Assembly: GCA_040380205.1 (NCBI GenBank)
Contig: JBEIJM010000002.1
Span: 2,336-66,335, forward strand
Direction: 5' to 3'
DNA from: Gemmatimonadaceae bacterium
GTDB lineage: Bacteria > Gemmatimonadota > Gemmatimonadetes > Gemmatimonadales > Gemmatimonadaceae
DNA length: 64,000 nucleotides
Shown here: one piece after another, positions 9,418 through 19,471 of the stretch
How the letters are laid out: every line of letters begins with the position of its first letter
Position numbering within the stretch: position 1 is the first letter of the stretch
Program-made: the position numbers and the translations under genes
The notes under the pieces: generated by a model
Database searches by the model: none
What the model saw: the letters and a program-made list of their open reading frames with translations, nothing else
What the model was told of the DNA's origin: nothing

Positions 9418-10905
9418 ATGGGCGGCGATCGGGACGAGGCCCCGGGCGGGGCGGCGCTGGCGGCGGAGGTGGCCCGCCGGCTCGCCGAACGGCGGGGTGA
9501 GTGGGCCGTGGTGGGGCTGGGGCGCTCCGGCGTGGCCGCCGCGCGCCTGCTGCGCGCCATGGGGCTGGCGGTGTACGCCTCCGACGGCGGGGACACTGTG
9601 GCGCTGCGCGACGCGGCCGAACAGCTGGCGCGGGCGGGCGCCGATGTGGCGGTGGGGACGCATGACCTGGCGCGCCTCGCCCGCGCGGCTGCCGTGGTGG
9701 TGAGTCCGGGGATTCCCCCGGCGGCGCCGCCGCTGGTGGCCGCCCGCCGCGCTCGCGTGCCGGTGGTGTCGGAGGTGGAGCTGGCGCTGCGCTGTCTTCC
9801 CGCCCTGCGCTACGTCGCCATCACCGGCACCAACGGCAAGTCCACCGTGACTGCCATGACGGCCCAGCTGCTGCGGGCGCTGGGGCACGACGCCGAAGCC
9901 GTGGGGAACATCGGCACGCCGGTCTCGGAGCTGGCCTTGCGCGAGCGCCCCCCGGCGTGGGCGGCGCTCGAGGTCTCGTCGTTCCAGTTACATGACACCC
10001 CGGGGATCCTCCCCGACGTGGGGGTGCTCACCACCCTCAGCCCCGATCACCTCGATCGGTACCCCTCCCTGGACGCGTACTACGCGGACAAGCGGCGCCT
10101 CTTCGCCAACGCCACCGACCGCTCCCAGTGGGTCACCACGGCGGACAGTGCGGACGTTGAGGCCCTGGTGACGGGGATCACCGGGCGGTGGCACCGCTTC
10201 AGCGTGGCGGCCCCGCCCCCGCCGGCGGTGGAGGGCTGGGTCGATCGCGACGCGGGGCTGCTGCAGCTGCGCGGCGCGCCGTTCGTGCCGCGCGCGCAGC
10301 TCGCCCTGCCGGGCGATCACAACGTGGCCAACCTCCTGGCCTCGGCCTTGGCCGTCTCGGTGGCGCACCCGGAGCACGCCACGCCGTGGGCGCGGGAGCG
10401 CCTGGCGGCGGCGGTGCCCACGCTGGCGGCGCTCCCCCATCGGTTGGAGCCCGTGGGGGAGGTGGACGGGGTGCGCTGGATCAATGACTCCAAGGCCACG
10501 AACGTGGCGTCCACCCTGGTGGCGCTGGAGGGGATGACCCGCCCCACGGTCGTGCTGCTGGGGGGGCGCCCCAAGAACGAGTCGGTGGCGCCGCTGGTGG
10601 CGCCGCTGCGGCGCATGGCGCGCGCCGTGGTCACCTACGGAGAGGGCGGTCCCGCCATCGCCGCGGCGCTCACGCCGGCGTTGGCGGGGGTGGTGCCGGT
10701 GGCATCGCTCGACGGCGCCGCGTTCGAGGCGGTGGTCGCCCGGGCGCGCCAGCTGGCGCGGCCAGGGGACGTGCTGCTCCTGTCCCCTGCCTGTGCCAGC
10801 TACGACATGTTCCGCAATTACGAAGAGCGGGGGCGCCGGTTCGCCGAGTTGGCGGCCGACGCGGCCCGGGCGTCCGGTGCGGCCGCGGGAGCCCCGCGTG
10901 GCTGA
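9418..10905 (+). CDS. murD: UDP-MurNAc-L-Ala:D-Glu ligase MurD
   Basis: GLGRSG, VVSPGI, ITGTNGKST, EVSSFQL, DHLDRY, NDSKATN, LLSPACASYD. Confidence 0.97.
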   Translation: MGGDRDEAPGGAALAAEVARRLAERRGEWAVVGLGRSGVAAARLLRAMGLAVYASDGGDTVALRDAAEQLARAGADVAVGTHDLARLARAAAVVVSPGIPPAAPPLVAARRARVPVVSEVELALRCLPALRYVAITGTNGKSTVTAMTAQLLRALGHDAEAVGNIGTPVSELALRERPPAWAALEVSSFQLHDTPGILPDVGVLTTLSPDHLDRYPSLDAYYADKRRLFANATDRSQWVTTADSADVEALVTGITGRWHRFSVAAPPPPAVEGWVDRDAGLLQLRGAPFVPRAQLALPGDHNVANLLASALAVSVAHPEHATPWARERLAAAVPTLAALPHRLEPVGEVDGVRWINDSKATNVASTLVALEGMTRPTVVLLGGRPKNESVAPLVAPLRRMARAVVTYGEGGPAIAAALTPALAGVVPVASLDGAAFEAVVARARQLARPGDVLLLSPACASYDMFRNYEERGRRFAELAADAARASGAAAGAPRG

Positions 10906-12124
10906 CCCGCGGGGCGGGAACGCGTCGCCCCGCGTCGCCTCGCCGCGCACGCCCGGGGTGCGGCACCGATGGGTGCTGGGGCTCGAGGCGCGCATGCTCC
11001 TCGTCCTGACCCTCGTGCTGCTGGGGCTCGGGCACATCGTGCTGTACAGCGCCAGCGCCCTGCAGGTCGACCAGCACCAGCTCGTGGGCCATCACTACGT
11101 GGTCAAGCAGGCGCAGGGCGCGCTGGCCGGCGGGGTGCTGCTGCTCGTCCTGTCGCGCGTGGATGCCGAGTGGTACCGGCGCCTGGCGTGGCCCGGGATG
11201 CTGCTGGCGCTGGTGCTCATGGCCGTCCTGCTGCTGCCGGGGATGAAGGCGGTCAACGGGTCGCGGCGGTACCTCTTCGGCAACGCGGTCCAGCCCTCCG
11301 AGCTGGCCAAGCTGGCGCTGTGCGCCTGGGTCCCCATGCTCATCGTGCGCAAGGGCGAGCGGCTGCGCGAGCTGGGCAAGGGGATGCTCCCCTTCGCGCT
11401 GGTCGTGGGGAGCCTCTGCCTGCTGGCGGCCCTCGAGCCCGACCATTCGGCGGCCATGCTGTACTGCCTCATCACCGGCGTGCTGCTGTTTGTGGCCGGC
11501 GCCCGGTGGCGCCACTTCGCGCTCTTCGGGCTCGTGGGGGTATTGGCACTGGGCACGCTGGCGGCGCAATCAGGACATGTGCGCGACCGCATGCGGGCCT
11601 TTGCCGGCAGCACCCTGCCGGCGGCGGAACGGCAGCGCGTGGGCCTGCAGCAGGACCAGTCGAAGATCGCCGTCGGGTCCGGGGGGGTGTTCGGGGTGGG
11701 GCTGGGGCGCGGCAACCAGCAGCGCGGATGGCTCCCGCTCCCGTACAACGACTTCATCGGCTCGGTGATCGGCGAGGAATTCGGCTTTGCCGGGCTGGCG
11801 CTGTGCACCCTGGCGTTCGCCCTGTACGGCTTCCTGGGCTTCCAGATCGCCGCGCAGGCCCGCACCCCCTATCTCGGGCTGCTGGCGGTCGGGCTCACCA
11901 CGGTGACGGTGGTCACCGCGCTGGTCCATCTGGCCGTGGTGGTGGATGCGCTCCCCAACACCGGGCTCACGCTGCCGTTCGTGTCGTACGGGCGCTCCAA
12001 TCTGGTGCTGACGCTGGCCATGACGGGGATCCTGATGAACATCGGGAGCACGCGCGAGCGGGTGTACGGCGCCGGCGCCACCGATCCGCTGGCCGGTCCG
12101 CGCGCCCGGTCCTCGCTCGCGTGA
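10898..12124 (+). CDS. ftsW: SEDS peptidoglycan polymerase FtsW
   Basis: Multi-TM protein with QPSELAK, GxGLGRG, GEEFGF, GLTLPFVSYG. Start re-called at GTG 10898. Confidence 0.95.
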   Translation: MADPRGGNASPRVASPRTPGVRHRWVLGLEARMLLVLTLVLLGLGHIVLYSASALQVDQHQLVGHHYVVKQAQGALAGGVLLLVLSRVDAEWYRRLAWPGMLLALVLMAVLLLPGMKAVNGSRRYLFGNAVQPSELAKLALCAWVPMLIVRKGERLRELGKGMLPFALVVGSLCLLAALEPDHSAAMLYCLITGVLLFVAGARWRHFALFGLVGVLALGTLAAQSGHVRDRMRAFAGSTLPAAERQRVGLQQDQSKIAVGSGGVFGVGLGRGNQQRGWLPLPYNDFIGSVIGEEFGFAGLALCTLAFALYGFLGFQIAAQARTPYLGLLAVGLTTVTVVTALVHLAVVVDALPNTGLTLPFVSYGRSNLVLTLAMTGILMNIGSTRERVYGAGATDPLAGPRARSSLA

Positions 12125-13251
12125 CCGGCGCGTCGCGCACCGATCCACCCGCGGGGCCTCTCCTGCTGTTTGCGGGGGGCGGCACCGGTGGGCACCTCTA
12201 CCCGGGGCTGGCCATCGCCAGGGCGCTGGGCCCCCTGGCCCCCCAGCTGCGCCCCTGGTTCATCGGCGCCCGACGGGGCATCGAGCGCGACGTGCTGCCG
12301 GGCACCGGGTTTCCGCACACGCTGCTCGACCTGCATCCGCTCTACCGTCGGACCCCGTGGGACAACGGGCGCACCGTGCGCGGGGCGGTGGGGGCCTGGC
12401 GTGCCCTCTCCGCACTGGCGCGGGCGGAGGGGATGCCGGTGGGGGTCGTGGGCACCGGGGGGTACGCGGCCGGGGTCGCCCTGGCGTGGGGCCGCGCCCA
12501 TGGCCTGCCCACCGTCCTGCACGAGCCGGACAGTCACCCCGGGCTCACCACCCGGGTGTTTGCCGGCGGCGCGCGCGCCCTCTTCCTGGGGTTTCCGGAG
12601 GCGATGGCCCACCTGCCGGCCCGCGCGCGGCCGCGCTGCCATCCGCTAGGGTGCCCCATCGAGCCGCCGCCTGCCACCGTTGATCGGGAGGCGGCACGCC
12701 GGCACTGGGGGCTGCCGTCTGATGCCTTCGTGGTACTGGTGGTCGGGGGCAGCCAGGGGGCCCGGGCGCTGAACGACGCCATGCGGGCGTGGGTGGCGCA
12801 GGGGCTTCCGCCCGGGGTGGCGCTCATCTGGGCCACCGGCCGTCGGGAGGCCGAGGTGTACCTCGGCGCTGAGGGCCCTCAGGTGCGGGTGCGCCCGTAC
12901 CTCGAACCCATTGCCGACGCCTACGCGGCCGCCGACGTGGCGGTGACCCGCGCCGGCGCCATGACCATTGCCGAGCTGTGCGCCTGGGGCATCCCCTCCA
13001 TCCTGGTCCCCCTCCCCACGGCCGCGCAGGATCACCAGACCCAAAACGCGCGGGCCACGGCCGCGGCCGGGGCGGCGCTGCACCTCCCGCAGGGGGAGCT
13101 GTCCCCGGCGCGGTTGAGCGAGCTGGTGGTGCGTCTGCAGCAGGACCCGGCGCGTCGCGCGGCCATGGCCGAGGCCGCGCGCACACGCGGGCGCCCGGCC
13201 GCCGCCCAGGCCATTGCCCACGGCGTGCTGGCCGCCATGGGGATCGCGTGA
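12121..13251 (+). CDS. murG: Lipid II GlcNAc transferase MurG
   Basis: GGGTGGHLYP, GTGGY, GGSQGA, RAGAMT, DHQTQNA. Start GTG 12121 overlaps the ftsW stop. Confidence 0.96.
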   Translation: MTGASRTDPPAGPLLLFAGGGTGGHLYPGLAIARALGPLAPQLRPWFIGARRGIERDVLPGTGFPHTLLDLHPLYRRTPWDNGRTVRGAVGAWRALSALARAEGMPVGVVGTGGYAAGVALAWGRAHGLPTVLHEPDSHPGLTTRVFAGGARALFLGFPEAMAHLPARARPRCHPLGCPIEPPPATVDREAARRHWGLPSDAFVVLVVGGSQGARALNDAMRAWVAQGLPPGVALIWATGRREAEVYLGAEGPQVRVRPYLEPIADAYAAADVAVTRAGAMTIAELCAWGIPSILVPLPTAAQDHQTQNARATAAAGAALHLPQGELSPARLSELVVRLQQDPARRAAMAEAARTRGRPAAAQAIAHGVLAAMGIA

Positions 13252-13272
13252 GCACCCGTGCATATTGCCGCC

Positions 13273-14715
13273 ATGCGCGCTGACTCTCCCGTGCCCGTCA
13301 CCCTCGCGCCGCGCGAGGCGGAACGCGTCCTCCTTGGCGACGATCCGCGCCCCGTGCATTTCGTCGGCATCGCCGGCGCGGGGATGAGCGGCTTGGCCGA
13401 ACTGCTGGTGCGACGCGGGGTGCGCGTGCAGGGCACCGATGCCAATCCGGGTGGCGCGGCCGCGCTGCGGGCGCTCGGCATCGTGGTGTCGCCGCACGAT
13501 CCCGCGCTGGTGGCCGGCGCGCGCGCGGTGGTGTTTTCCTCCGCCATTCCGGCCGCGCATCCCGAGTTGCAGGCCGCGCGCGCGGCCGGGCTGCCGCTGG
13601 TGCGCCGCGCCGAGGCGCTGGCCGCGGCGGTGGCCGGCGGGCCGCTGGTGGGGATTGCCGGCACCCACGGCAAGACCACCACCACCGTCATGACCACCGA
13701 GGCGCTGGCCGCCGCCGGGGCCAACCCCACCGGCGTGGTGGGCGGGCGGGTCACGGCGTGGGGGGGGAACCTGCGGCTGGGCGGCCCCTGCGCCGTGGTG
13801 GAGGCCGATGAATACGATCGCTCCTTCCTCGCCCTCACCCCGTCGGTGGCGGTGGTGCTGAACGTCGAGGCGGATCATCTGGACATCTATCGCGACCTGG
13901 CCGACATCGCCGGCGCGTTCACGCAGTTCCTCGCGCCGGCGCGCACCGTGGTGCGCTGCGCCGATGATCCGGGGGCCATGGCGCTCGCCCTCGGTGCGGG
14001 GCAGGAGGACCTGCCGTATTCGGCCACCGCGCCGGGCACGGCGCCGTCGCCCGGGGCGGCGCAGGCGCGACTGGTGGCCCAGGACCTCGTACTGGATGCC
14101 ACGGGGGCGCGCTGGACGACCACCCTCGACGGCCGCCCGTGTGGCGCGGTGCGACTGGCGGTCCCGGGGCTGCACAATGTGCGCAACGCGCTGGCCGCCC
14201 TGGGGGCGGGGATCGCCCTGGGGCATGCGGTGCCGGCGCTGGCCCAGGGGTTGGCGCGCTTCACCGGGGTGGAGCGCCGCTTCCAGCGTCTTGGGGAGGC
14301 GCGCGGGGTGCTGGTGGTGGATGATTACGCCCACCACCCCACCGAGGTGCGGGCCACGCTGGCCGCCGCCCGGCATGCCTTCCCCGGGCGACGGCTCGTG
14401 GTGGTGTTCCAGCCCCATCTCTACTCGCGCACCCGCGACTTTGCGTCCGCGTTTGCCGAGGCCTTGGCGGCGGCGGACCAGCTGTGGCTGTGCGACATCT
14501 ACGGCGCGCGCGAAACGCCGGATCCGGCGGTCACCGCCGACCTGATTGCCCGCGCGCTGCCGGCCGGGTGCCTGGCGTGGCGCGGGGCGCGCGACGCGGT
14601 GGTGGCCCCGTTGGCGGAGGCGGTGCGGGCCGGCGACGTGGTCCTCACGGTGGGCGCGGGCGATGTGACCACCGTCGGGCCGGCGCTGCTGGCGCGTCTG
14701 GAGGGGGCGGCGTGA
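13273..14715 (+). CDS. murC: UDP-MurNAc:L-Ala ligase MurC
   Basis: HFVGIAGAGMSG, AGTHGKTTT, EADEYDRSF, DDYAHHPTE, FQPHLYSRT. Start either 13258 (GTG) or 13273 (ATG). Confidence 0.96.
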   Translation: MRADSPVPVTLAPREAERVLLGDDPRPVHFVGIAGAGMSGLAELLVRRGVRVQGTDANPGGAAALRALGIVVSPHDPALVAGARAVVFSSAIPAAHPELQAARAAGLPLVRRAEALAAAVAGGPLVGIAGTHGKTTTTVMTTEALAAAGANPTGVVGGRVTAWGGNLRLGGPCAVVEADEYDRSFLALTPSVAVVLNVEADHLDIYRDLADIAGAFTQFLAPARTVVRCADDPGAMALALGAGQEDLPYSATAPGTAPSPGAAQARLVAQDLVLDATGARWTTTLDGRPCGAVRLAVPGLHNVRNALAALGAGIALGHAVPALAQGLARFTGVERRFQRLGEARGVLVVDDYAHHPTEVRATLAAARHAFPGRRLVVVFQPHLYSRTRDFASAFAEALAAADQLWLCDIYGARETPDPAVTADLIARALPAGCLAWRGARDAVVAPLAEAVRAGDVVLTVGAGDVTTVGPALLARLEGAA

Positions 14716-15461
14716 GGCGCCACAGCCCCGACGCAGAGGCCGCCAGTCCGGGCGAGGGGGCCGGGCGTGGGGCACGTCGCGTCCGGCGACGCTGGCAGGC
14801 GGTGGCGGTGCTCGCTGCGGTGGGGCTGGTGGGCGGCATCCCCTGGTGGGGGCCGCGCGCCCTCAGCCATCTGGCGTTTTTCCATGTGCGGGCCGTGGAG
14901 CTGCGCGGCGTGGTCCATGCGCCGGTTTCGGAGCTGGTGACCCGCCTGGGGGTGGACTCGCTCCAGTCGGTGTGGCAGCCGCTGCCCCCGCTGGTGGCGC
15001 GGCTGCTGGCGCACCCGCTGGTGGCCGATGCGCAGGTCTATCGCGAGCTGCCGGGCACGCTGGTGGTCGAGGTGCAGGAGCGGGTGCCCGTGGCGCTGGT
15101 GGCCGATCCGGCCGGGGTGCGTCCGGTGGATGGCGAGGGCGCGCGGTTGCCGTTGGACCTGCGGCGCGTGTCGCTGGACCTCCCGGTGGCGCTGGACGCC
15201 GACACGGTCGTGTTCCGGTTTCTGGATGCGCTGCGGCGCGACGCCCCCGCGCTGTACGGTCGTGTCACCGTGGTGTCACGTCCTGGCCCCCGGGAGCTGC
15301 GGCTGGCGCTGGGGACGGTGCGGGTCCGGGCGCTCCCCGAGGTGACCGTGGCGCGCTTCCAGGACATATTACCCGTGGAGGCCGACCTCGCCCGAGGATC
15401 CGTGCCGGTGGAAGAGCTGGACCTTCGCTTCCGTGACCAGGTGATCGCCCGCACGCCATGA
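14712..15461 (+). CDS. ftsQ: Cell division protein FtsQ/DivIB
   Basis: One TM helix, POTRA-like region (HPLVADAQVYRELPGTLVVEVQERVPVA), C-terminal DLRF, position before ftsA. Confidence 0.9.
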   Translation: MRRHSPDAEAASPGEGAGRGARRVRRRWQAVAVLAAVGLVGGIPWWGPRALSHLAFFHVRAVELRGVVHAPVSELVTRLGVDSLQSVWQPLPPLVARLLAHPLVADAQVYRELPGTLVVEVQERVPVALVADPAGVRPVDGEGARLPLDLRRVSLDLPVALDADTVVFRFLDALRRDAPALYGRVTVVSRPGPRELRLALGTVRVRALPEVTVARFQDILPVEADLARGSVPVEELDLRFRDQVIARTP

Positions 15462-16711
15462 CCGCAGACCCGATTGTAGCCGCGCTCGACGTCGGCACCG
15501 CGCACACGACGGCCCTGGTGGGCACGGCGCTGGGCGGTGGCGACCGCGCTGCGCGCCTGCGCGTGCTCGGGGTGGCGGAGACGCGCACGGCGGGACTGCG
15601 CCGAGGGGTGGTGTCCGACATTGAGGAGGCCACGCGGTCGATTCGCGCCGCGATGGAAGAGGCCGTGCGGCTGGCCGGCGTCGTGCCGGACGCCTTGGTC
15701 GTCGGGATCGCCGGGGAGCATGTCAAGGCGTCCGCTTCGACGGGGGTGGTGGCCATCAGCGGCGACGAGATCACGCGGGCGGATGTGGAGCGGGTCAACG
15801 AGGTGGCGCGTGCCCTGGCCATTCCGCAGGACCGGGAGCTGCTGCACGCCATCCCGCAGGAGTACCGGGTCGACCGCACCGAGGGGATTCGCGATCCGGT
15901 GGGGATGATCGGGACGCGGCTGGAGGCGGAGCTGTGCCTGGTCACCATCGGGAGCCCGCCGGCGATGCACCTGCGCAAGAGCATCGAGCGGGCGCAGTAC
16001 CGTGTGCGCGAGCTGGTGCTGGAGCCGCTGGCCAGTGCGCAGGCGGTGTTGACCGCGGAGGAGCGGGAGGCGGGGGTGGCGCTGCTGGAGCTGGGGGCCG
16101 GGGGCACCGACCTGGCGCTGTTCCACGAGGGGAAGATCCGCCACTTGGGGACCATCGCGGTGGGGGGGCACACGGTCACGAGCGACCTGGTGCAGGGGCT
16201 CGGGATCACGCAGTCGGATGCCGAGCGCCTCAAGGAGGCGTACGGGTGCGCGTACGAGCCGCTCATCGACCCGGCGCAGGTGATTGCGATGCCGGCCAGC
16301 GGGGCGCAGGGGGAGCGGCACCTGTCGCGGGAGCTCATGACGCACATCATCCACCAGCGCATGGACGAGCTGTTCGACACGGCGCGGCGGATGATCGAGG
16401 GCGCGGGCTATCTGGGGCGCCTGAATGCGGGGGTGGTGCTCACCGGGGGGGAAGCGTCGCTGGAGGGGATCACGGCCCTGGCGACGGACGTCTTCGGGGT
16501 GGGGGCGCGCGTGGGGGTTCCCGGGCAGCAGCTGGAGGGGCTGGTGGAGCAGGTGGCGTCGCCGCGCTTTGCCACGGCCGTGGGGCTGGCGCTGTATGGC
16601 GCCCAGCGTGCGGTGCCCGCCGGGGTGGCGTCGCGCCGCGTGGCGCTGGGCGGCGGCGGGGTGGATCGGCTGGCGGCGCGCGTGAAGGGGTGGCTGCAGG
16701 ACTTTTTCTGA
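15458..16711 (+). CDS. ftsA: Cell division protein FtsA
   Basis: LDVGT, GLRRGVV, DPVGMIG, GVVLTGG, ATAVGL, C-terminal amphipathic WLQDFF. Confidence 0.96.
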   Translation: MTADPIVAALDVGTAHTTALVGTALGGGDRAARLRVLGVAETRTAGLRRGVVSDIEEATRSIRAAMEEAVRLAGVVPDALVVGIAGEHVKASASTGVVAISGDEITRADVERVNEVARALAIPQDRELLHAIPQEYRVDRTEGIRDPVGMIGTRLEAELCLVTIGSPPAMHLRKSIERAQYRVRELVLEPLASAQAVLTAEEREAGVALLELGAGGTDLALFHEGKIRHLGTIAVGGHTVTSDLVQGLGITQSDAERLKEAYGCAYEPLIDPAQVIAMPASGAQGERHLSRELMTHIIHQRMDELFDTARRMIEGAGYLGRLNAGVVLTGGEASLEGITALATDVFGVGARVGVPGQQLEGLVEQVASPRFATAVGLALYGAQRAVPAGVASRRVALGGGGVDRLAARVKGWLQDFF

Positions 16712-16751
16712 CCCGGGCGCGTGCCCGGTGCGTTGTCCGTCAGGCACCGGG

Positions 16752-16779
16752 TTGCGCGCGCCGCGTTGCGCTATATTCT
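16752..16779 (+). promoter_or_regulatory. Candidate internal ftsZ promoter
   Basis: AT-rich island CTATATTCTA (TATATT/TATTCT) with TTGCGC upstream, in the ftsA-ftsZ gap. Confidence 0.45.
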
Positions 16780-16859
16780 AGGGATGCTCGCGCTCTGCCC
16801 CGGAGCGCCCCGTGGTGTCACCCTGCGCCCCCTCCCCGACGCGTATGGAGCTTCCCCGA

Positions 16860-18116
16860 ATGACCTTCGAGTTTGAGGACAGCGGGTCCCAAACGGCCCG
16901 CATGAAAGTCGTGGGTGTGGGGGGCGGCGGCGGCAACGCGGTCAACCGCATGATCGACGAAGCCCTCGAGGGCGTCGAGTTCATCTCGATGAACACCGAC
17001 GCGCAGGCGCTGCTCAACTCGAAGGCCGATGTGAAGATTCAGATCGGCAAGAACCTCACGCGGGGGCTGGGCGCCGGGGCGCGCCCCGACGTGGGGAAGC
17101 AGGCGATCGAGGAGAACCTGGATGACGCGCGCCGTGCGCTCGCCAACGCCGACCTGGTGTTCGTGACGTGCGGCATGGGGGGCGGCACGGGGACGGGCGC
17201 GGCGCCGGTGGTGTGCCAGCTGGCCCGGGAGGCCGGGGCGCTCACGGTGGGCATCGTGACGCGGCCGTTCCTGTTCGAGGGGCGGCGGCGCATGAAGTTC
17301 GCCGAGGAAGGGATCGCCGAGATGCGCAAGCACGTGGACACGATGATCATCGTGCCCAACGAGCGGCTGCTGGCGGTGGTGGGGAAGGGGATTCCCTTCC
17401 ACGAGGCGCTCAAGAAGGCCGATGAGGTGCTGCTGCACGCCACGCAGGGGATCTCGCTGCTCATCAGCGAGACGGGGATGGTGAACGTCGACTTCGCCGA
17501 CGTGCGCACCATCATGCAGAACGGCGGCTCGGCGCTGATGGGGACCGGCGTGGGGCGCGGGGAGAACCGCGCCACCGAGGCGGCGCAGCAGGCGATCGCC
17601 TCGCCGCTGCTCGACAATGTCTCCATCGCCGGGGCGAGCGGCGTGCTCATCAACATCACCGGCGGGCAGGACGTCACCCTGGGCGAGGTGACGCTGATCA
17701 CGGAGATGGTGCATGCGGCCGCCGGGGACGACGCCGAGATCATCTTCGGGGCCGTCACGGAACCGGCGATGAGCAACGAGATCCGAGTGACGGTGATCGC
17801 CACGGGCTTCGACCGCCTGCTGCCGCAGGGGGTGGTGCAGCCGGCGGCCTCGCCGGTGGCCGCGATCTCCGGCGCCATGGCGGCGCCGGTCGCTCCCCCC
17901 GCGGCGCACCCCGCGCCGGTGGCCGGCGCCACCGCCCGCGGCAATCCGGCGGTGCTCCCGGTCCCCACGGGCGCCCGGTCAGCGGCCAAGCCGGTGCAGG
18001 CGCCGCGCCCCGCCGTCGATGGCGTGCCGCGCCCCACGCGCGTCCCGCCCATGTCGGTCAACCAGGAGGTGGAGGACATGGAGATCCCCACCTTCATTCG
18101 GAGGCAGATGGATTGA
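16860..18116 (+). CDS. ftsZ: Cell division protein FtsZ
   Basis: [20 protein letters not shown] tubulin signature, NVDFADV, C-terminal [12 protein letters not shown] upstream of ATG 16860. Confidence 0.99.
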   Translation: MTFEFEDSGSQTARMKVVGVGGGGGNAVNRMIDEALEGVEFISMNTDAQALLNSKADVKIQIGKNLTRGLGAGARPDVGKQAIEENLDDARRALANADLVFVTCGMGGGTGTGAAPVVCQLAREAGALTVGIVTRPFLFEGRRRMKFAEEGIAEMRKHVDTMIIVPNERLLAVVGKGIPFHEALKKADEVLLHATQGISLLISETGMVNVDFADVRTIMQNGGSALMGTGVGRGENRATEAAQQAIASPLLDNVSIAGASGVLINITGGQDVTLGEVTLITEMVHAAAGDDAEIIFGAVTEPAMSNEIRVTVIATGFDRLLPQGVVQPAASPVAAISGAMAAPVAPPAAHPAPVAGATARGNPAVLPVPTGARSAAKPVQAPRPAVDGVPRPTRVPPMSVNQEVEDMEIPTFIRRQMD

Positions 18117-19396
18117 CGGGCTCCGCGCGCGCCCTGGTCATCGCGGTGGGCGCCCTCGTGGTGGGGGGCGTGGTCCTGTCGCGCACCCGCCCCGTGGCCG
18201 TCCGCCCCGCCGGGGCGCTGCTGGACGGCGCGGCACGCGCCGCCGCCTCCCCCTGGCAGACGCGGGTGGACACGGTGCGGCAGGGCGAACCGGTGGTGTC
18301 GGTGCTGGAACGCGCCGGGGTCCCCGCCCCCGAAGCCGCCGCCGCCCTGCGCGCCGCGCGCGCCCTTGATCCGCGGCGCATCCGGGCCGGCACCTCGGTG
18401 ACCACCCGCGTGCACCCCGATTCCGGTCCCGCCGAAATCGTGTTCCAGTTGGCCATCGACCGGCTCGTCCGGCTCTCCCGCCGCGGCGACGCCGCCTGGG
18501 ATGAGCGCGAGGAGCGCCTCCCCTGGACGACCGACACGGTCGTCGTGGCCGGGGTCGTCTCTTCCACGCTCACCGGGGCCCTCGAGGCCGGCGCCGCCGC
18601 CTTCCCGCCGCGCCTGCGCACCGAGGTGGCGTACGCGCTGGCCGACATCCTCGAGTATCGCGTGGACCTCAGCCGCGACCTGCGCCGCGGTGACTCCGTC
18701 CGCATGCTCATCGAGCGGCAGCAGGCGCCCAACGGCCTCGTCCGCCCCGGCAACATCATCGCCGCGCGCGTCACCGTCGATGGACGCCCCGTGGAGACGC
18801 TGCGCTTCACCCAGCAGGATCGCCCCGCCTACTTCGACGGCGAGGGCAAGGCCATGCGGTCGGCCTTCCTGCGCGCGCCGCTGGCCTTCCGTCGCATCTC
18901 CAGCGTCTTCGGGCTGCGCCGCCACCCCATCCTCGGGGTCATGCGGGCGCACCAGGGCACCGACTACGCCGCCGCTGCCGGTACCCCCGTCCGCGCCCTC
19001 GGCGACGGACGCGTCATCTTCGCCGGTTGGAAGGGGGGCTACGGGCGCGTGGTCGAAATCCGTCACCGCAACGGCTTCGTCACCCGCTACGGACATCTGC
19101 GCGGCTTCGCCGCCGGCATCCGGGCCGGCACCTCGGTGGGGATCGCCAACACCATCGGCTTCGTGGGCGCCACCGGGTTGGCCACCGCGCCCCATCTGCA
19201 CTTCGAGGTCCTGGTGGGAGGGCGCCACCGCGACCCCCGGCAGGTCCTGCGCAACCTCGCCGGCGAACCGCTGGCCACCGCGCAGCGCCCGGCGTTCTTC
19301 TCCCTCAAGAGCCGGATCTTTGCCCTGCTCGACGGCCCGGCCGGCAACCGCCCGGTCGGCGCGCGCGAGCAGGTCGCCGCCCCGCGCGGTCCCTGA
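18113..19396 (+). CDS. M23 family peptidoglycan endopeptidase (MepM-like)
   Basis: HQGTDY (HxxxD), YGHL, PHLHFE (HxH). N-terminal TM. TTG start overlaps the ftsZ stop. Confidence 0.9.
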   Translation: MTGSARALVIAVGALVVGGVVLSRTRPVAVRPAGALLDGAARAAASPWQTRVDTVRQGEPVVSVLERAGVPAPEAAAALRAARALDPRRIRAGTSVTTRVHPDSGPAEIVFQLAIDRLVRLSRRGDAAWDEREERLPWTTDTVVVAGVVSSTLTGALEAGAAAFPPRLRTEVAYALADILEYRVDLSRDLRRGDSVRMLIERQQAPNGLVRPGNIIAARVTVDGRPVETLRFTQQDRPAYFDGEGKAMRSAFLRAPLAFRRISSVFGLRRHPILGVMRAHQGTDYAAAAGTPVRALGDGRVIFAGWKGGYGRVVEIRHRNGFVTRYGHLRGFAAGIRAGTSVGIANTIGFVGATGLATAPHLHFEVLVGGRHRDPRQVLRNLAGEPLATAQRPAFFSLKSRIFALLDGPAGNRPVGAREQVAAPRGP

Positions 19397-19471
19397 GTCC
19401 CGTCTGGGGCCCGTGACCCTCCCGTCGGCCCCGGGCGTCTCGCGCGGCGCCTCCCTCCCCCGCCGGCGCGC

